DNA of 64,000 nt from an uncultured Solirubrobacterales bacterium (lineage in GTDB: Bacteria > Actinomycetota > Thermoleophilia > Solirubrobacterales > Solirubrobacteraceae), in assembly GCA_963836065.1 (NCBI GenBank), contig CAWIII010000039.1, positions 20,968 through 84,967 on the forward strand. Direction: 5' to 3'. The position numbers and the translations under genes were made by a program. Below the pieces are notes generated by a model, which worked only from the letters and a program-made list of their open reading frames with translations, had not been told where the DNA came from and ran no database searches. Below are positions 9,594 through 20,145 of this stretch, in pieces. Each line of letters opens with the position of its first letter. Position 1 is the first letter of the stretch.

Positions 9594-10465
9594 CAGCCTG
9601 CTCTCCTCGGCGGATCGGGGTAGTAGTAAGGGCTGTAGGGCGGCAGAGTCTTCGTGACTCCCCGGTAGCGGGCTCGCTGAGCCGTGATCCACGCCGCGAA
9701 GCCGGCCTTCGACATCACCTGACCGGTCGTGTTCATGTGCCCGTGCCACAAGCCGCACAGCTCGGCACAGCGGATCTGGAGGCTCTGGAGCTTGGTCGGT
9801 TCGACGTAGGCGACGTTGTCATTACCAGGGATCGCGTCGGCCTTCACGCCGAGCTCGTAGGCCCAGAAGCTGTGCGCGACGTCGAGCGACGTGACGTGGA
9901 ACGCGATCTCGGTGTTGACGGGCACTACGAGGTACGGCGTCTCGACCCCACCGTAGCCCGGATAGCGGAACGTCCACAGCCACTGTTGACCGATCACCTG
10001 TACCTGGAGAGAGCTCCCCGCGTCCGCTGGCTTGGCGAGCGGGTGGGGACCCTGACCGCCGCCCGAACCGTGCGAGCTTCCGAACAGCTCCGTCGTGCCG
10101 ACCGTCGCCAGGCCCAACACCATCACACTCGTGACCGCCAGCCAGGTGATGGCGATCCGTGGATTCCCCGTGACCGGCGGCCCGTCAGTGATCGTCTCGC
10201 CACGCTGACGGAATACCGCCGCCGAGTAGATCACGTAAACCCAGATCAACAACGCGACCGGCGCGGCCAGCGCCGTTAGCAAAATGTTGATGTTGTGCTG
10301 CTCGTGCGACTGCACGCTGCCGCTGTACGGAGGAATGTGCGGACCTACGACCCAGATCACGAGCGGGACGACGATCACCGTCAGCACCACCCAGATCGAG
10401 ACAATCCGGATGCCGTGCCGTGGCTCCGGCGCCGCCCCGCCGGCTGCCGCCGAGCCAACGCTCAC
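9593..10465 (-). CDS. ctaC: Cytochrome c oxidase subunit II (CuA), no fused cytochrome c
   Basis: Two TM helices, GQQWLW, DVAHSFW, CAELCGLWHGHM; GTG start overlaps upstream stop. Confidence 0.93.
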   Translation of the reverse strand: MSVGSAAAGGAAPEPRHGIRIVSIWVVLTVIVVPLVIWVVGPHIPPYSGSVQSHEQHNINILLTALAAPVALLIWVYVIYSAAVFRQRGETITDGPPVTGNPRIAITWLAVTSVMVLGLATVGTTELFGSSHGSGGGQGPHPLAKPADAGSSLQVQVIGQQWLWTFRYPGYGGVETPYLVVPVNTEIAFHVTSLDVAHSFWAYELGVKADAIPGNDNVAYVEPTKLQSLQIRCAELCGLWHGHMNTTGQVMSKAGFAAWITAQRARYRGVTKTLPPYSPYYYPDPPRRAG

Positions 10466-11115
10466 GTGACCTGGAGCTCCCCGCTCATCCACCCGAGCGC
10501 TTGCATTGGCCCGCCGTTTCCGAAGATGAATCCGGCGGCGCAGGGTACGAAGCACTGCCAGCGATATGTCCCCTTGCCGGGTGACACGAACGAGAACCTG
10601 ATCGTGGTGTGCGCCTGATCAAGCGTGCACGGAGTCACGCTGCATTGGTTCTTGGCGTCGTCGGCGACTCCCGGCAGCGGCACGCTGATTCCGAGGTCCG
10701 GAATCGTGAACGTATGCGAGGCTGAGTCGGGATCCAGCAGCGACGCCGGCTTGCCGTTGAAGATGGCGACACCGCCCCTGGTACCCCGGACTTGGGCGAG
10801 GAAGCTGTTGCGCAGGCCGGTCGCCGTATCGAACTGGTAGACGGTGACGGTGACGAGGGTGTGGGCCGGCACTTTGTAGATCGTCGTGTGTTGCCACTTG
10901 CCGCTGCTGTCCTGCGCCAGGTAGCTGACCCAATCTGGATCTGGCGCGTGGCCGTAGCTCGGGACCGTCTGCAGCGTCAGATGGGCGGTTCGGCCCTGGA
11001 CGACCGCTGATATCGCCGGCGGAGCCACGACCAGGAAATCGACGATGTAGAGGACCACCAGGCCCGCGAGCACCGCCGCCACAACGAGGAGGACCCCAAA
11101 AGCTCGCCGAGCCAT
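10462..11115 (-). CDS. Membrane-anchored cupredoxin-fold protein
   Basis: N-terminal TM; HTFTIP and GTYRWQCFVPC...PM...M.G.L.V cupredoxin C-terminal pattern; first gene of oxidase operon. Confidence 0.7.
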   Translation of the reverse strand: MARRAFGVLLVVAAVLAGLVVLYIVDFLVVAPPAISAVVQGRTAHLTLQTVPSYGHAPDPDWVSYLAQDSSGKWQHTTIYKVPAHTLVTVTVYQFDTATGLRNSFLAQVRGTRGGVAIFNGKPASLLDPDSASHTFTIPDLGISVPLPGVADDAKNQCSVTPCTLDQAHTTIRFSFVSPGKGTYRWQCFVPCAAGFIFGNGGPMQALGWMSGELQVT

Positions 11116-11298
11116 ACAAACAGAATCATTACCTGATGAGGAAGCGTTTAGGAAGCGTCCGATTTGGCACCCTCGTGGATGCGCGTTTATCCACTTCGTA
11201 CAGGGGAGCTTCCTGGTAGTCGCGCAGGTGAGCAGGCAGTTCGGATGAGCAGGGCTCCAGGAACCAGTGCCCACGCGAGCACCAGTTCCTGCCTTGCT

Positions 11299-13506
11299 CT
11301 AGGCGGCGCCAACCAGCGTCTGTTCGTCGCTGTAGCGCTCCCCGCGATCGGCCAGCTCGATTAGCGACTGCGGCGGCTGAAAGCGGTCGCCGTACCGCGC
11401 GTGCAGCTCGCGGGCGCGCGCGAGGAACGCAGCGGGGCCATGACCGTGGATGGCATGCTCGTAGCCGTTGATGTACTGCAGCACGCCGCCGGTCCAGCCC
11501 GGGAAGCCGATTCCCATGATCGACCCGATGTTGGCGTCAGCGACCGATTCGATCACTCCTTCGTCCAGGCACCTCACGCTCTCGATCGACTCGATGAACA
11601 GCATCCGCTCTTCGAGGTCCTCGAGCGAGATCGCGCTCGGATCCTCGACCGTCGGGAACGCTTCGCCCAACCCTGTCCAAAGCCCCGCTCGCTTGCCATC
11701 GGCGTAGTCGTAGAAGCCGCGTCCCTCGAGCCGGCCGGGGCGGCCGTACTCGTCGAGCATCCGGTCGATCACCTGCTCTGACGGGTGCGCGTCCCAGCCG
11801 CTCGATGCCGCGGCACCGGCCTCCTTGGCCGCATCGCGAATCTTGCGCATCAGTTTGAGGTTCAGCTCGTCGGAGAGCTGCAGCACCGGCGCGGGATAGC
11901 CGGCCTGCGAGGAGGCCTGCTCGATCGTCGGCGCGGGCACGCCCTCCAGCAGCATCGCGATTCCCTCGTTCAGGAACGTGCCGATCACCCGGCTGGTGAA
12001 GAAGCCGCGGCTGTCATTGACAAGAATGGGCGTCTTCTTGATCTGCCTGGCGACGTCGAGGGCGCGGTACACCGTCTCGGCGTTGGTCTTCTCTCCCTTG
12101 ATGATCTCGAGTAGCGGCATCTTGTCGACCGGACTGAAGAAGTGGAGGCCGATGAAGTCCGCGGGACGCGTCACATTCTCGGCTAGCTCGGTGATCGGCA
12201 GCGTCGAGGTGTTGGAACCCAGCAGCGCGTGTTCGTCCAGTACGGGCTCGAGCTCTCCCATCACCTGCTCCTTGACCTTCGGATCCTCGAACACCGCTTC
12301 GATCACCAGATCGGCGCCGGCCGCATCATCGGCCTTGTCGGTCGGATGGATCCGCCCAAGCAGCGCATCGCCCTTCTCCTGCGTTGTCTTGCCGCGCTCG
12401 AGGCCCTTGGCGACCAGCTTCTCCGAGTAACCCTTGCCGCGCTGGGCCGCTTCGAGCGACACGTCCTTGAGGACAACGTCGATCCCGGCCTTCGCGCACA
12501 CGTAGGCAATCGCGGCGCCCATCATGCCGGCGCCCAGCACGACCACCTTCCGCGCAGCGTAGGGGGGAATCTCCGCAGGCCGATCGCGGTCTCCGCTGGC
12601 ACGCTGCAGATCGAAGAAGAACGCTTGGATCATGTTCTTCGCCACCTGCCCGGTGACCAGGTCGACGAAGTAGCGGCCCTCGATCTCGAACGCGTTGTCG
12701 ATGTCGACCTGGGCGCCCTCAACGGCGGCAGCCATGATGTGGTGCGGGGCCGGGTAATTGGCGCCCTTGAGCTGCTTGCGCAGGTTGGCCGGAAAGGCGG
12801 GAAGATTCTGGGCGAGCTTGGGGTTGCTCGGCGTGCCGCCGGGGAGCTTGTAGCCATCGCGGTCCCAGGGCTGGCTGGCCTCGGGGTTCTCCTTGATCCA
12901 CGCCTTTGCGGCGGGGATCAAGTCCTCGCGCTTAGGAACGATTTCGTCGACCAGGCCGAGCTCCTTCGCTTTGCCGGGCCGGTGGCGCTGTCCTTGGAGC
13001 AGCGCCTGCATCAGCGCGTTCAAGATTCCGAGCATGCGGACCGTTCGTGTGACGCCGCCGGCTCCCGGCAGTAGGCCGAGCTGCACCTCGGGGAAGCCGA
13101 TCACGGCGCTCGCGTCATCGACGATTACGCGGTGGTGGCAGGCCAGGGCAATCTCGAGCCCGCCTCCGAGCGCGGCCCCGTTGATCGCCGCGACCACCGG
13201 TTTCCCCAGGGTCTCCAGGCGCCTCAGCTGGGCCTTGAGCTCGCGCACGCCCGCGGCGATCCGAGGCGCGTCCTCCTGCGTGGCTTTGATCAGGTCGTTC
13301 AGGTCTCCACCGGCAAAGAAGGTCTTCTTGGCCGAGGCGATCACCACCCCAGTGATCGTGTCCTTCTCGGCCTCGAGCCGATCGACGGTGGCAGCCATCG
13401 AGCGCGCGTAGGCCTCGTTCATCGTGTTGGCGGACTGGTTTGGGTCGTCGAGCGTGAGGACGACAATGCCGTCTTCGCCCTGCTCCCAGCGGATCGTGTT
13501 GCTCAT
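11299..13506 (-). CDS. fadB: Fatty acid oxidation complex alpha subunit (enoyl-CoA hydratase/3-hydroxyacyl-CoA dehydrogenase)
   Basis: [41 protein letters not shown]. Confidence 0.95.
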   Translation of the reverse strand: MSNTIRWEQGEDGIVVLTLDDPNQSANTMNEAYARSMAATVDRLEAEKDTITGVVIASAKKTFFAGGDLNDLIKATQEDAPRIAAGVRELKAQLRRLETLGKPVVAAINGAALGGGLEIALACHHRVIVDDASAVIGFPEVQLGLLPGAGGVTRTVRMLGILNALMQALLQGQRHRPGKAKELGLVDEIVPKREDLIPAAKAWIKENPEASQPWDRDGYKLPGGTPSNPKLAQNLPAFPANLRKQLKGANYPAPHHIMAAAVEGAQVDIDNAFEIEGRYFVDLVTGQVAKNMIQAFFFDLQRASGDRDRPAEIPPYAARKVVVLGAGMMGAAIAYVCAKAGIDVVLKDVSLEAAQRGKGYSEKLVAKGLERGKTTQEKGDALLGRIHPTDKADDAAGADLVIEAVFEDPKVKEQVMGELEPVLDEHALLGSNTSTLPITELAENVTRPADFIGLHFFSPVDKMPLLEIIKGEKTNAETVYRALDVARQIKKTPILVNDSRGFFTSRVIGTFLNEGIAMLLEGVPAPTIEQASSQAGYPAPVLQLSDELNLKLMRKIRDAAKEAGAAASSGWDAHPSEQVIDRMLDEYGRPGRLEGRGFYDYADGKRAGLWTGLGEAFPTVEDPSAISLEDLEERMLFIESIESVRCLDEGVIESVADANIGSIMGIGFPGWTGGVLQYINGYEHAIHGHGPAAFLARARELHARYGDRFQPPQSLIELADRGERYSDEQTLVGAA

Positions 13507-14726
13507 CGAATTGCCTCCACCACGGTCGCGATTCCCATCCCGCCACCGATGCACAGCGTGGCGAGGCCGTACCGGCCGCCGGTCCGGTGCAGCTCGTCGA
13601 TCAGGGTGCCGAGGATCATGGCGCCAGTCGCGCCGAGCGGATGACCCATTGCGATCGCGCCGCCGTTGACGTTGACCTTCTCCATGTCGAGGCCCATGTC
13701 CCGGACGAACCGGAGCACCACCGCCGCGAACGCCTCATTCATCTCAACCAGGTCGAGATCGTCGACCGTGAGACCGGCCTTCTGGAGCGCCTTGCGGGAG
13801 GCGGGCGCGGGACCGGTGAGCATGATCGTCGGGTCAGCCCCTGAAAGCGCCGTCGCGAGGACTCTCGCCCTGGGTGTGAGTCCTAGCTCATCTCCGGTCT
13901 GCTCGTTCCCGACTACCACCAGCGATGCTCCGTCCACGATTCCACTCGAATTTCCGGCCGTGTGGACGTGGTCGATCCTCTCGACCCAGTGGTACTTCTG
14001 CAACGCCACGGCGTCGAACCCGCCCATCTCCCCCATCATCTCGAATGAGGGCTTGAGCTTTGCGAGCGTCTCGGAGGTCGTGCCGGGACGGATGTGCTCA
14101 TCCTGCTCGAGGATGACGTTGTCGTTGATGTCGACTACCGGCACCAGCGAATCCTTGAACCGCCCCTCGGCCTGCGCGGTCGCGGCGCGCTCCTGGGAGC
14201 GGGCGGCGTACGCATCGACGTCATCGCGGCTGAAGCTCTCGATCGTGGCGATCAGGTCGGCGCCGATGCCCTGGGGGACGAACGACGTGTCGTAGCTCGT
14301 CTCGGGATCCATTGCCCATGGCCCACCATCGGAGCCGATTGGGACCCGAGACATCGACTCGACGCCGCCGGCGAGTACCAGATCCTCCCAGCCCGAGGCG
14401 ACCTTCTGCGCGGCGACGTTGACGGCCTCGAGTCCGGAGGCGCAGAAGCGGTTGAGCTGCATGCCGGCCACGGTGTCGGGAAGCCCGGCCTTGATCGCCG
14501 CAGTCTTGGCGATGTCGCCGCCCTGATCGCCGATCGGCGATACGCAGCCGAGCACGAGATCGTCGACTCGTTTTGGATCGAGCCGTCCGTTTCGAGCGAG
14601 CATCTCGTGAATCAGGCCAACAACCAGGTCGACCGGCTTGACGGTGTGGAGCGATCCGTTCGTCTTTCCTCTACCCCGAGGAGTGCGGATCGCGTCGAAT
14701 ACCAAAGGCTCAGTGGTGGGTGCCAT
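13503..14726 (-). CDS. fadA: Acetyl-CoA C-acyltransferase (thiolase)
   Basis: [27 protein letters not shown]. Confidence 0.96.
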   Translation of the reverse strand: MAPTTEPLVFDAIRTPRGRGKTNGSLHTVKPVDLVVGLIHEMLARNGRLDPKRVDDLVLGCVSPIGDQGGDIAKTAAIKAGLPDTVAGMQLNRFCASGLEAVNVAAQKVASGWEDLVLAGGVESMSRVPIGSDGGPWAMDPETSYDTSFVPQGIGADLIATIESFSRDDVDAYAARSQERAATAQAEGRFKDSLVPVVDINDNVILEQDEHIRPGTTSETLAKLKPSFEMMGEMGGFDAVALQKYHWVERIDHVHTAGNSSGIVDGASLVVVGNEQTGDELGLTPRARVLATALSGADPTIMLTGPAPASRKALQKAGLTVDDLDLVEMNEAFAAVVLRFVRDMGLDMEKVNVNGGAIAMGHPLGATGAMILGTLIDELHRTGGRYGLATLCIGGGMGIATVVEAIR

Positions 14727-14862
14727 CGTCGAACAGTCCTTTCAGCTTGCGCGGCTCCTGCCCGTGCTATATCACGCGGACGGGCCTGACATCACAATAT
14801 CAATTGTTGGCAGGACGCCAACTTTTTGGCGTTCCGCCAACGCTCGTGGTAGCGTCGCCTCG

Positions 14863-15495
14863 ATGGCGGCCTCAACAGCGCAGCGCCGAACGTACCTTGG
14901 CGGCGACGCCCGTCGTGCCGAGATCCTCCGATTTGCGGGAGAGCTGTTCTGCGAGCGAAGTTACGACGCCGTCTCGATCGCTGACGTCGCACGAGCCGCC
15001 GGCGTGGCGCGCGGCCTCGTCAATCACTACTTCGGCACCAAGCGCGGCCTGTTTCTGGAGGTAGTGCGAGCGATGCTGTTCGTGCCAGATGAGCTGCTCG
15101 TCGCAGAGCGCACCGACGGGCAGCTCCGCGAGGAGGTACTAAGCGATGCGATCGACCGGTGGCTACACACCGCTGAGCGCAACCGCCGCACCTACTTGGC
15201 CACTGCCGGTGGATCGGGCATCGGCCGTGATCCCGACCTCGAGGCAGTGCTCAAGGAAGCCGCCGATCGAATCACCGAGCGGCTGATCCTGATCTCCTGG
15301 GGCCCACCCGCGCAGGCGCCGCCCGAGCTAGGCGCCCTGATGGAGGGCTATCGCGGCTTCGCCGATGCGATCACGGCCGAGTGGCTGCAACGCGCCCGCC
15401 TCCCCCGCGGCGTCGTGCACCACCTGCTGGTCGAGGCGCTCCTGACGCTCGTCGACGACGTGCTTCCTCGGATCCGCAGCGGCCGGGAGGAGTAA
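14863..15495 (+). CDS. TetR/AcrR regulator divergent from fadAB
   Basis: VSIADVARAAGVARGLVNHYFGTK HTH. Confidence 0.9.
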   Translation: MAASTAQRRTYLGGDARRAEILRFAGELFCERSYDAVSIADVARAAGVARGLVNHYFGTKRGLFLEVVRAMLFVPDELLVAERTDGQLREEVLSDAIDRWLHTAERNRRTYLATAGGSGIGRDPDLEAVLKEAADRITERLILISWGPPAQAPPELGALMEGYRGFADAITAEWLQRARLPRGVVHHLLVEALLTLVDDVLPRIRSGREE

Positions 15496-15574
15496 GCCCC
15501 CCGCAGTTTCCCAGATGGCGCCACCGCAGTTTCCGCGGGTGGCACCACAACCCGGTTCTCTGTAGGGTGTCCGA

Positions 15575-15710
15575 ACCAGAAGCCGAGTCCCCGGCCTGCC
15601 GAGCCGGGGAGCGGGGAACCCAAGTAATTGGGGCGAGTCCTGTGGTGATCCGCAGGAAGCGCTCGGACAGCGAGCGCTAGCCCGTCAGCTAACTCCGCAG
15701 GCACAGGCAC
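15575..15710 (+). ncRNA. Cyclic di-AMP (ydaO/yuaA) riboswitch; ends approximate
   Basis: Hallmark blocks GCCGAGTCC...GGAGCGGGGAACCCA...TTGGGGCGAGT...GCCCGTCAGCTAACTCCGCAGGC directly upstream of a cell-wall hydrolase. Confidence 0.9.
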
Positions 15711-15743
15711 CAATGCGAGTCCCACTGCCGCCGAGGAGTTCGC

Positions 15744-16574
15744 GTGTCCAAACTGAATGCCCTGGCCGCCCTCACCCAGCGTCGCCGGCTGGCTGGCTGG
15801 GCCGTGCTGTTGCTCTCTGCCGTGACCGTCGCCATGACAGCCGCTCCTGCGAGCGCGAGCGCTGCACCGTTCCGGCGCGTGCTGAGGATGGGCGATCGCG
15901 GGTCCGACGTGAAGACTCTGCAGACGTGGCTGACGAAGGTTGGCGTCACGACTTCATCGGATGGAGTATTCGGGTCGTACACCCACCAGGCGGTCGCGCA
16001 GTTCCAGACCGCCGCGCGTCTTCGTCCAGCGAGCGGAACGGTTGGCGTCCGCACAGCGAAGACATTGCTGGGTTGGGTCACCGGTGGCAAGCGCGTAACC
16101 CTGCGCAGCAGCGATCCGCCGTCCTCCTCTCCTTCCGGTTGGGTGTTTCCGCTGCGGCCGATCTCGCGGGTACTGCCGGTGTCGGATTGGACGCTCGATC
16201 AGGGCGTCGACATCGGCACTGTGGGAAACGCCTGCGGATCGAAGGTCGTCGAGGTGGCGATCACGTCCGGCACGATCGTTCAGGAGGGGATAAGTGGCTT
16301 CGGCCCAGCGGCCCCAGTGATCAAGGTCAGCAGTGGTCAGTACAAGGGCCGCTACATCTACTACGGCCACGCCCTGCCTGCGCTGGTGCCCGTCGGCACG
16401 CACGTGACCACCGGCCAGCCGATCGCGGAGGTTGGATGCGGATCTGTCGGCATCTCCGAAGCCCCGCACATCGAGATCGGCATCAGCGCTCCCGGTGGCC
16501 CGCCCTGCTGCCCCGGTTTTCAGGAGACGTCGTCAACGATGTTCGGGATCGTGCGTCAGCTGTACAAGCGATAG
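15744..16574 (+). CDS. Secreted peptidoglycan-binding domain plus M23-like peptidase
   Basis: Signal peptide; [14 protein letters not shown]...DGVFG..T..AV..FQ; DQGVD, YYGH, PHIEI (Zn ligands partly diverged). Confidence 0.82.
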   Translation: MSKLNALAALTQRRRLAGWAVLLLSAVTVAMTAAPASASAAPFRRVLRMGDRGSDVKTLQTWLTKVGVTTSSDGVFGSYTHQAVAQFQTAARLRPASGTVGVRTAKTLLGWVTGGKRVTLRSSDPPSSSPSGWVFPLRPISRVLPVSDWTLDQGVDIGTVGNACGSKVVEVAITSGTIVQEGISGFGPAAPVIKVSSGQYKGRYIYYGHALPALVPVGTHVTTGQPIAEVGCGSVGISEAPHIEIGISAPGGPPCCPGFQETSSTMFGIVRQLYKR

Positions 16575-16689
16575 CGGGTCGGCCCGGGCCGCCCTGGCGC
16601 AAGCAGCAGCGTCACGACCGCCTGAGCGAAAGCCCAGACGATCCTGACCGCCCCCGTTGGCCAAGCACCAGGCGCGCAGCCCTAAGCCG

Positions 16690-17297
16690 GCTTGATGTTC
16701 TGGTTGAGATGGAAGAAGTGGTCGGGTCGTAGCGTGACTTCAAGCTCTGGAGGCGTGTGAAGGTCTCGGCTTCATACGCCGAGCGCACGCCCGCCTCCCC
16801 TTCATCGGCGAGGAAATTCACGTGGCGCGCGCCGGTGCCGTAGGGCTCCATCGCGGCGGAGGCGGCCCGTACCCAGGTGGTGTTTTCACCGGCGTCCCGG
16901 TTACCGAATGCAGTTGACCCGGCAGGGACGCGGCTCATCGCGCCACCCAGCTGGTGGACGTGCAGCTGCCCGAGGGGCGCCGGAACACCGTCAGCGTGGG
17001 CGACGATCGCCTCGATCGCCTCGTCGGTCAGCTCGTCCACGTAGCCCGAGCGCCAGTAGTTGCGCGACCCGTGCGGAACGCCGGCGTCGAACATGCCCTG
17101 GATCGCCTGATACGGCATCGGGCCAAGGACATCCACCGCGGGACTTAGATCGCGCAGGGGCTGCAGGTCGTCTTCGGCCCGGCCCTCGGGATCGAGGTGG
17201 AAGCGCGCCAGAAACGCAGCACATCCCGACCTGCCTGGGCCGGCCAGGCCACCAGTCCGCCGAACACTTGGGAAACCGGGTGCAAGCGGAACTCGAA
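16690..17297 (-). pseudogene. FAD-linked oxidase (BBE-type) remnant with internal deletions
   Basis: Segments EFEFRLHPV...RDVLRFWR, PMPY..Q...D...P.G.RNYWRS, VNFL...RL..LKSRYDP; N-terminal FAD domain absent. Confidence 0.7.
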
Positions 17298-17499
17298 CTC
17301 AGCCCTCGTTCATTCGCCTCCTCGGCGATCCGACGGCTCTCCTCACACCAACACTCGGCCCCATCGAAGTCCGAGAACACCCACGCCATCGTGCCTAGAT
17401 GGTGGAGCTCCTCGCCAGCCTGGACCAGTCCCCGATCCGGAGACGATACGGGACTGCTTGGTGCCGGGCAAGCTCCTCGGTCGGGGCTGATCTCGCCCG

Positions 17500-17907
17500 T
17501 CAGGACGCTGTCTCGAGCTTCGCCTCGGCTCGCGTCGGCTCGAATAGCTCGATCGGGTTGCCGGAGGGATCTTCCACGAGGATCTGCTTGCCCCCTACTC
17601 CCGCGACGATTTCGTTACGGAACCGCGCACCATGGCGGCCGAGCTCCTCGACGGTGGTCTCGAGCTCCTCGACCTCGAGCTGGAAGCGATTCCAACCACC
17701 CGGCTCGGGCACAGCTCCGTTGGGCATCGACTCGCCCCCGCCCGGCCCGCCACCCGGTGCGCTCAGTACCAGCCGCAGGTCACCCCGTGAGAGCATCGCG
17801 AACGCGGGCGCGGGATGCATGTCCTCATGAAAGCCGAGTCGTTGACAGTAGAAATCGATCGCGGCATCGACGTCGTTGACGATATAGCGGACGCTGACGG
17901 TGGCCAT
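17500..17907 (-). CDS. VOC/glyoxalase family protein
   Basis: VRYIVNDVDAAIDFY...EDPSGNPIELF. Confidence 0.92.
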   Translation of the reverse strand: MATVSVRYIVNDVDAAIDFYCQRLGFHEDMHPAPAFAMLSRGDLRLVLSAPGGGPGGGESMPNGAVPEPGGWNRFQLEVEELETTVEELGRHGARFRNEIVAGVGGKQILVEDPSGNPIELFEPTRAEAKLETAS

Positions 17908-18010
17908 GGATGCTCCTCGCGGGGATCGGTTGCTCTCTAAAACGTACGCGTCTCGCAGCGATACGTCAACGTTGCATAGTTATCCTGGTCATCGAGGTGC
18001 TTACCGGGCG

Positions 18011-18592
18011 ATGACCGAACCACACGAACGAGCCGACGATCCGCGCGTCGAGCGCTCGCGGATCGTGATCCTGAAAGCGGCCGTCGAGGAGCTGGCGGAG
18101 GTGGGCTACGGGGGGGTGACGATCGAATCGGTTGCGGCTCGCGGCGGGGTGGGCAAGTCGACGATCTACCGGCACTGGCCGGACAAGCTTGCGCTGATCG
18201 CCGACGCGCTCGAGACCTTCCACGAGCAGATGGTTCCGGCGCTTGAGGATCGCCCGCCTCGCGAGTGCGTCGAGCTGTTGTTGGGCCACGTCGCCGAGGT
18301 GGTTCTCGACTCGACCTTCTCCCGCTGCATCCCGGCGCTGATCGAAGGCGCCGAGCGAGACCCACGGGTCAGGGAGTTCCACCATCGCTACTCGGCCGAG
18401 CGGCGCCAGGGGCTGATCGATCTCATCGCCCGCGGTATGCGCGAGGGGGATTTCCGCGCAGACCTCGACCCGGAGCTCGTGACGATGGCGCTGCTAGGCA
18501 CAATCTTCTACCGGCGGCTGATGACCGGGGAGCCCTTTGACCCCGATCACGCGGCGGGGCTCCTCGACACGGTCCTCGGGCCGCCCCGCTGA
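18011..18592 (+). CDS. TetR/AcrR regulator
   Basis: VTIESVAARGGVGKSTIYRHW. Confidence 0.9.
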   Translation: MTEPHERADDPRVERSRIVILKAAVEELAEVGYGGVTIESVAARGGVGKSTIYRHWPDKLALIADALETFHEQMVPALEDRPPRECVELLLGHVAEVVLDSTFSRCIPALIEGAERDPRVREFHHRYSAERRQGLIDLIARGMREGDFRADLDPELVTMALLGTIFYRRLMTGEPFDPDHAAGLLDTVLGPPR

Positions 18593-18614
18593 GGCGACCC
18601 GCACCGCTCGCGCG

Positions 18615-19020
18615 CTACCGCCGCGAGCCGGCATCGAGTTCAGCGGCCACAGAGCGCCACAGGGTGACGTGCACCGCAGGACGAACGCGTGCCGAAGTCG
18701 TGCCGGCGCATCCGGTCGACATCGCCTGCGTAGCGTCTGAGGTGGTCGGGAACCGCTGGAGGGGGAGCGCAGCGGGCAGTGCGCGACCGAGGCCCAGCGT
18801 GCTGGCGTGCCACTGCTCGACGATCGGCGTCCCACGCACATCGAGCCGCATCAGCGAACGGCGGCGCACCTCGTCGAGCACGGTATGGGCGAGCGTCAGA
18901 ATGATCCCCTCGCCGGCGGCCGCCGCCGCGATTGCCGGGGCGATCGCGGCGATGTCCGGTGGCTCAAGGCCATTCCGGGCGAAGAACAGACCGCTGGTAG
19001 TGGTCGGGTCGATAGACCGC
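18615..19020 (-). pseudogene. LysR substrate-binding domain fragment, probably the CODH-cluster regulator
   Basis: AAAAAGEGIILTLAH...LDVRGTP...VHVTLW; no HTH; abuts coxL fragment. Confidence 0.55.
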
Positions 19021-19024
19021 ACTG

Positions 19025-19594
19025 ATCGGGGACATCTCCGTCCGGGCGTACAGCGGCGAGCCGATGCCCGAAGGGCTGGAGGGCGGGCTTGACGCCCAGG
19101 TCATCTACGACCCGCCGAACTTGACCTACCCGTAGGGCGCGTACATCGCGGTGGTCGACATCGACCCCGAGACGGCGGCGGTCACGGTTCGGCGGTTCAT
19201 CGCCGTCGATGACTGCGGGGTGCGAATCAACCCGATGATCGTCGACGGCCAGATCCATGGCGGCCTGGCCGAGGGCGTCGGGATCGCCCTGATGGAGGTG
19301 ATCACTTTCAACGAGGAGGGCAACTGCCTGAACGGATCGTTCATGGACTACCTGATCCCGACGGCACTCGAATGTCCGGACTTCGAGCTGGGGGAAACGG
19401 TCACCCCATGTCCGCATCATCCCCTTGGTGCTAAAGGCGTGGGAGAGTCGCCGAATGTCGGATCCCCACCGGCGCTGGTCAACGCGGTGATCGATGCGCT
19501 GCACCAGACACACGGAGTCACCCATATCGACATGCCCCGCACCCCCGCCCGCGTCTGGGCGGCGATGCAGGGTCGCGCCGAGCCGCCGCAATGA
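19025..19594 (+). pseudogene. coxL: Aerobic CO dehydrogenase large subunit, C-terminal fragment
   Basis: YDPPNLTYP*GAY (in-frame TAG 19133-19135), VDDCGVRINPMIVDGQIHGG, PHHPLGAKGVGES. Confidence 0.85.
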
Positions 19595-19607
19595 TCGCGC
19601 CCCGGAG

Positions 19608-19886
19608 ATGAGCCACCTCAAGGTCACAGGCGAGGCGGCCAGCGAGGTAGGCCAGCTGGTGCCCGACGTGGAAACGCTGGCGCTCCGGCTGGCGGCAGTC
19701 GACTATCTGGTCGACGAGGGACTCGCGACGTCAATGTTCCTGAGCCTCCGCCTGCCTCAGCCACTGCTGCTGGAGGGCGAGGCGGGGGTGGGCAAGACGG
19801 AGGCCGGCAAGTCGCTGGCCGCAGTGCTCGATACCGAAGTGATCCGCGCAGCCGGATTGGAGGCACTGATTGTCCGCGCCAAGTGA
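19608..19886 (+). pseudogene. coxD: CoxD/MoxR AAA+ ATPase, internally deleted
   Basis: PLLLEGEAGVGKTE Walker A, then jumps to a short C-terminus; only 92 aa. Confidence 0.75.
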
Positions 19887-20140
19887 TCCTGCCGGGTTCA
19901 GAGTGCGCACCATCGACCTCGACCTGCCCGCGCTCGCCGGAGCATTCAGCCAACGGTTGCAGCGGGCAGGTCTGCCGATGACGGTCGACCGCGGGGCCGG
20001 GTTCGCCCGGGCGCTCACCGTGGTCAAACCGATCACGCGCCGACGGCTGTACTGGACCGCTCGCGCCGTGTTCGTCTCCGATAAGGCGCAGGTCAAGACT
20101 TTCGACTCGGCGTTCTTTTCGGTTTTTTGGGACCCGGGTG
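19870..20140 (+). pseudogene. coxE: CoxE (VWA) N-terminal fragment
   Basis: AFSQRLQRAGLP...LYWTARAVFV...FDSAF..VF; overlaps coxD end; VWA domain missing. Confidence 0.65.
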
Positions 20141-20145
20141 CAAGA

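Noticed and set aside
8430-9623. Long antisense ORFs, here and opposite other genes
   Set aside because: Expected shadow frames in high-GC coding DNA; no motifs
19133-19135. Stop-codon recoding (TAG) in coxL fragments
   Set aside because: Surrounding deletions and rearrangement show pseudogenisation; no recoding machinery in the window
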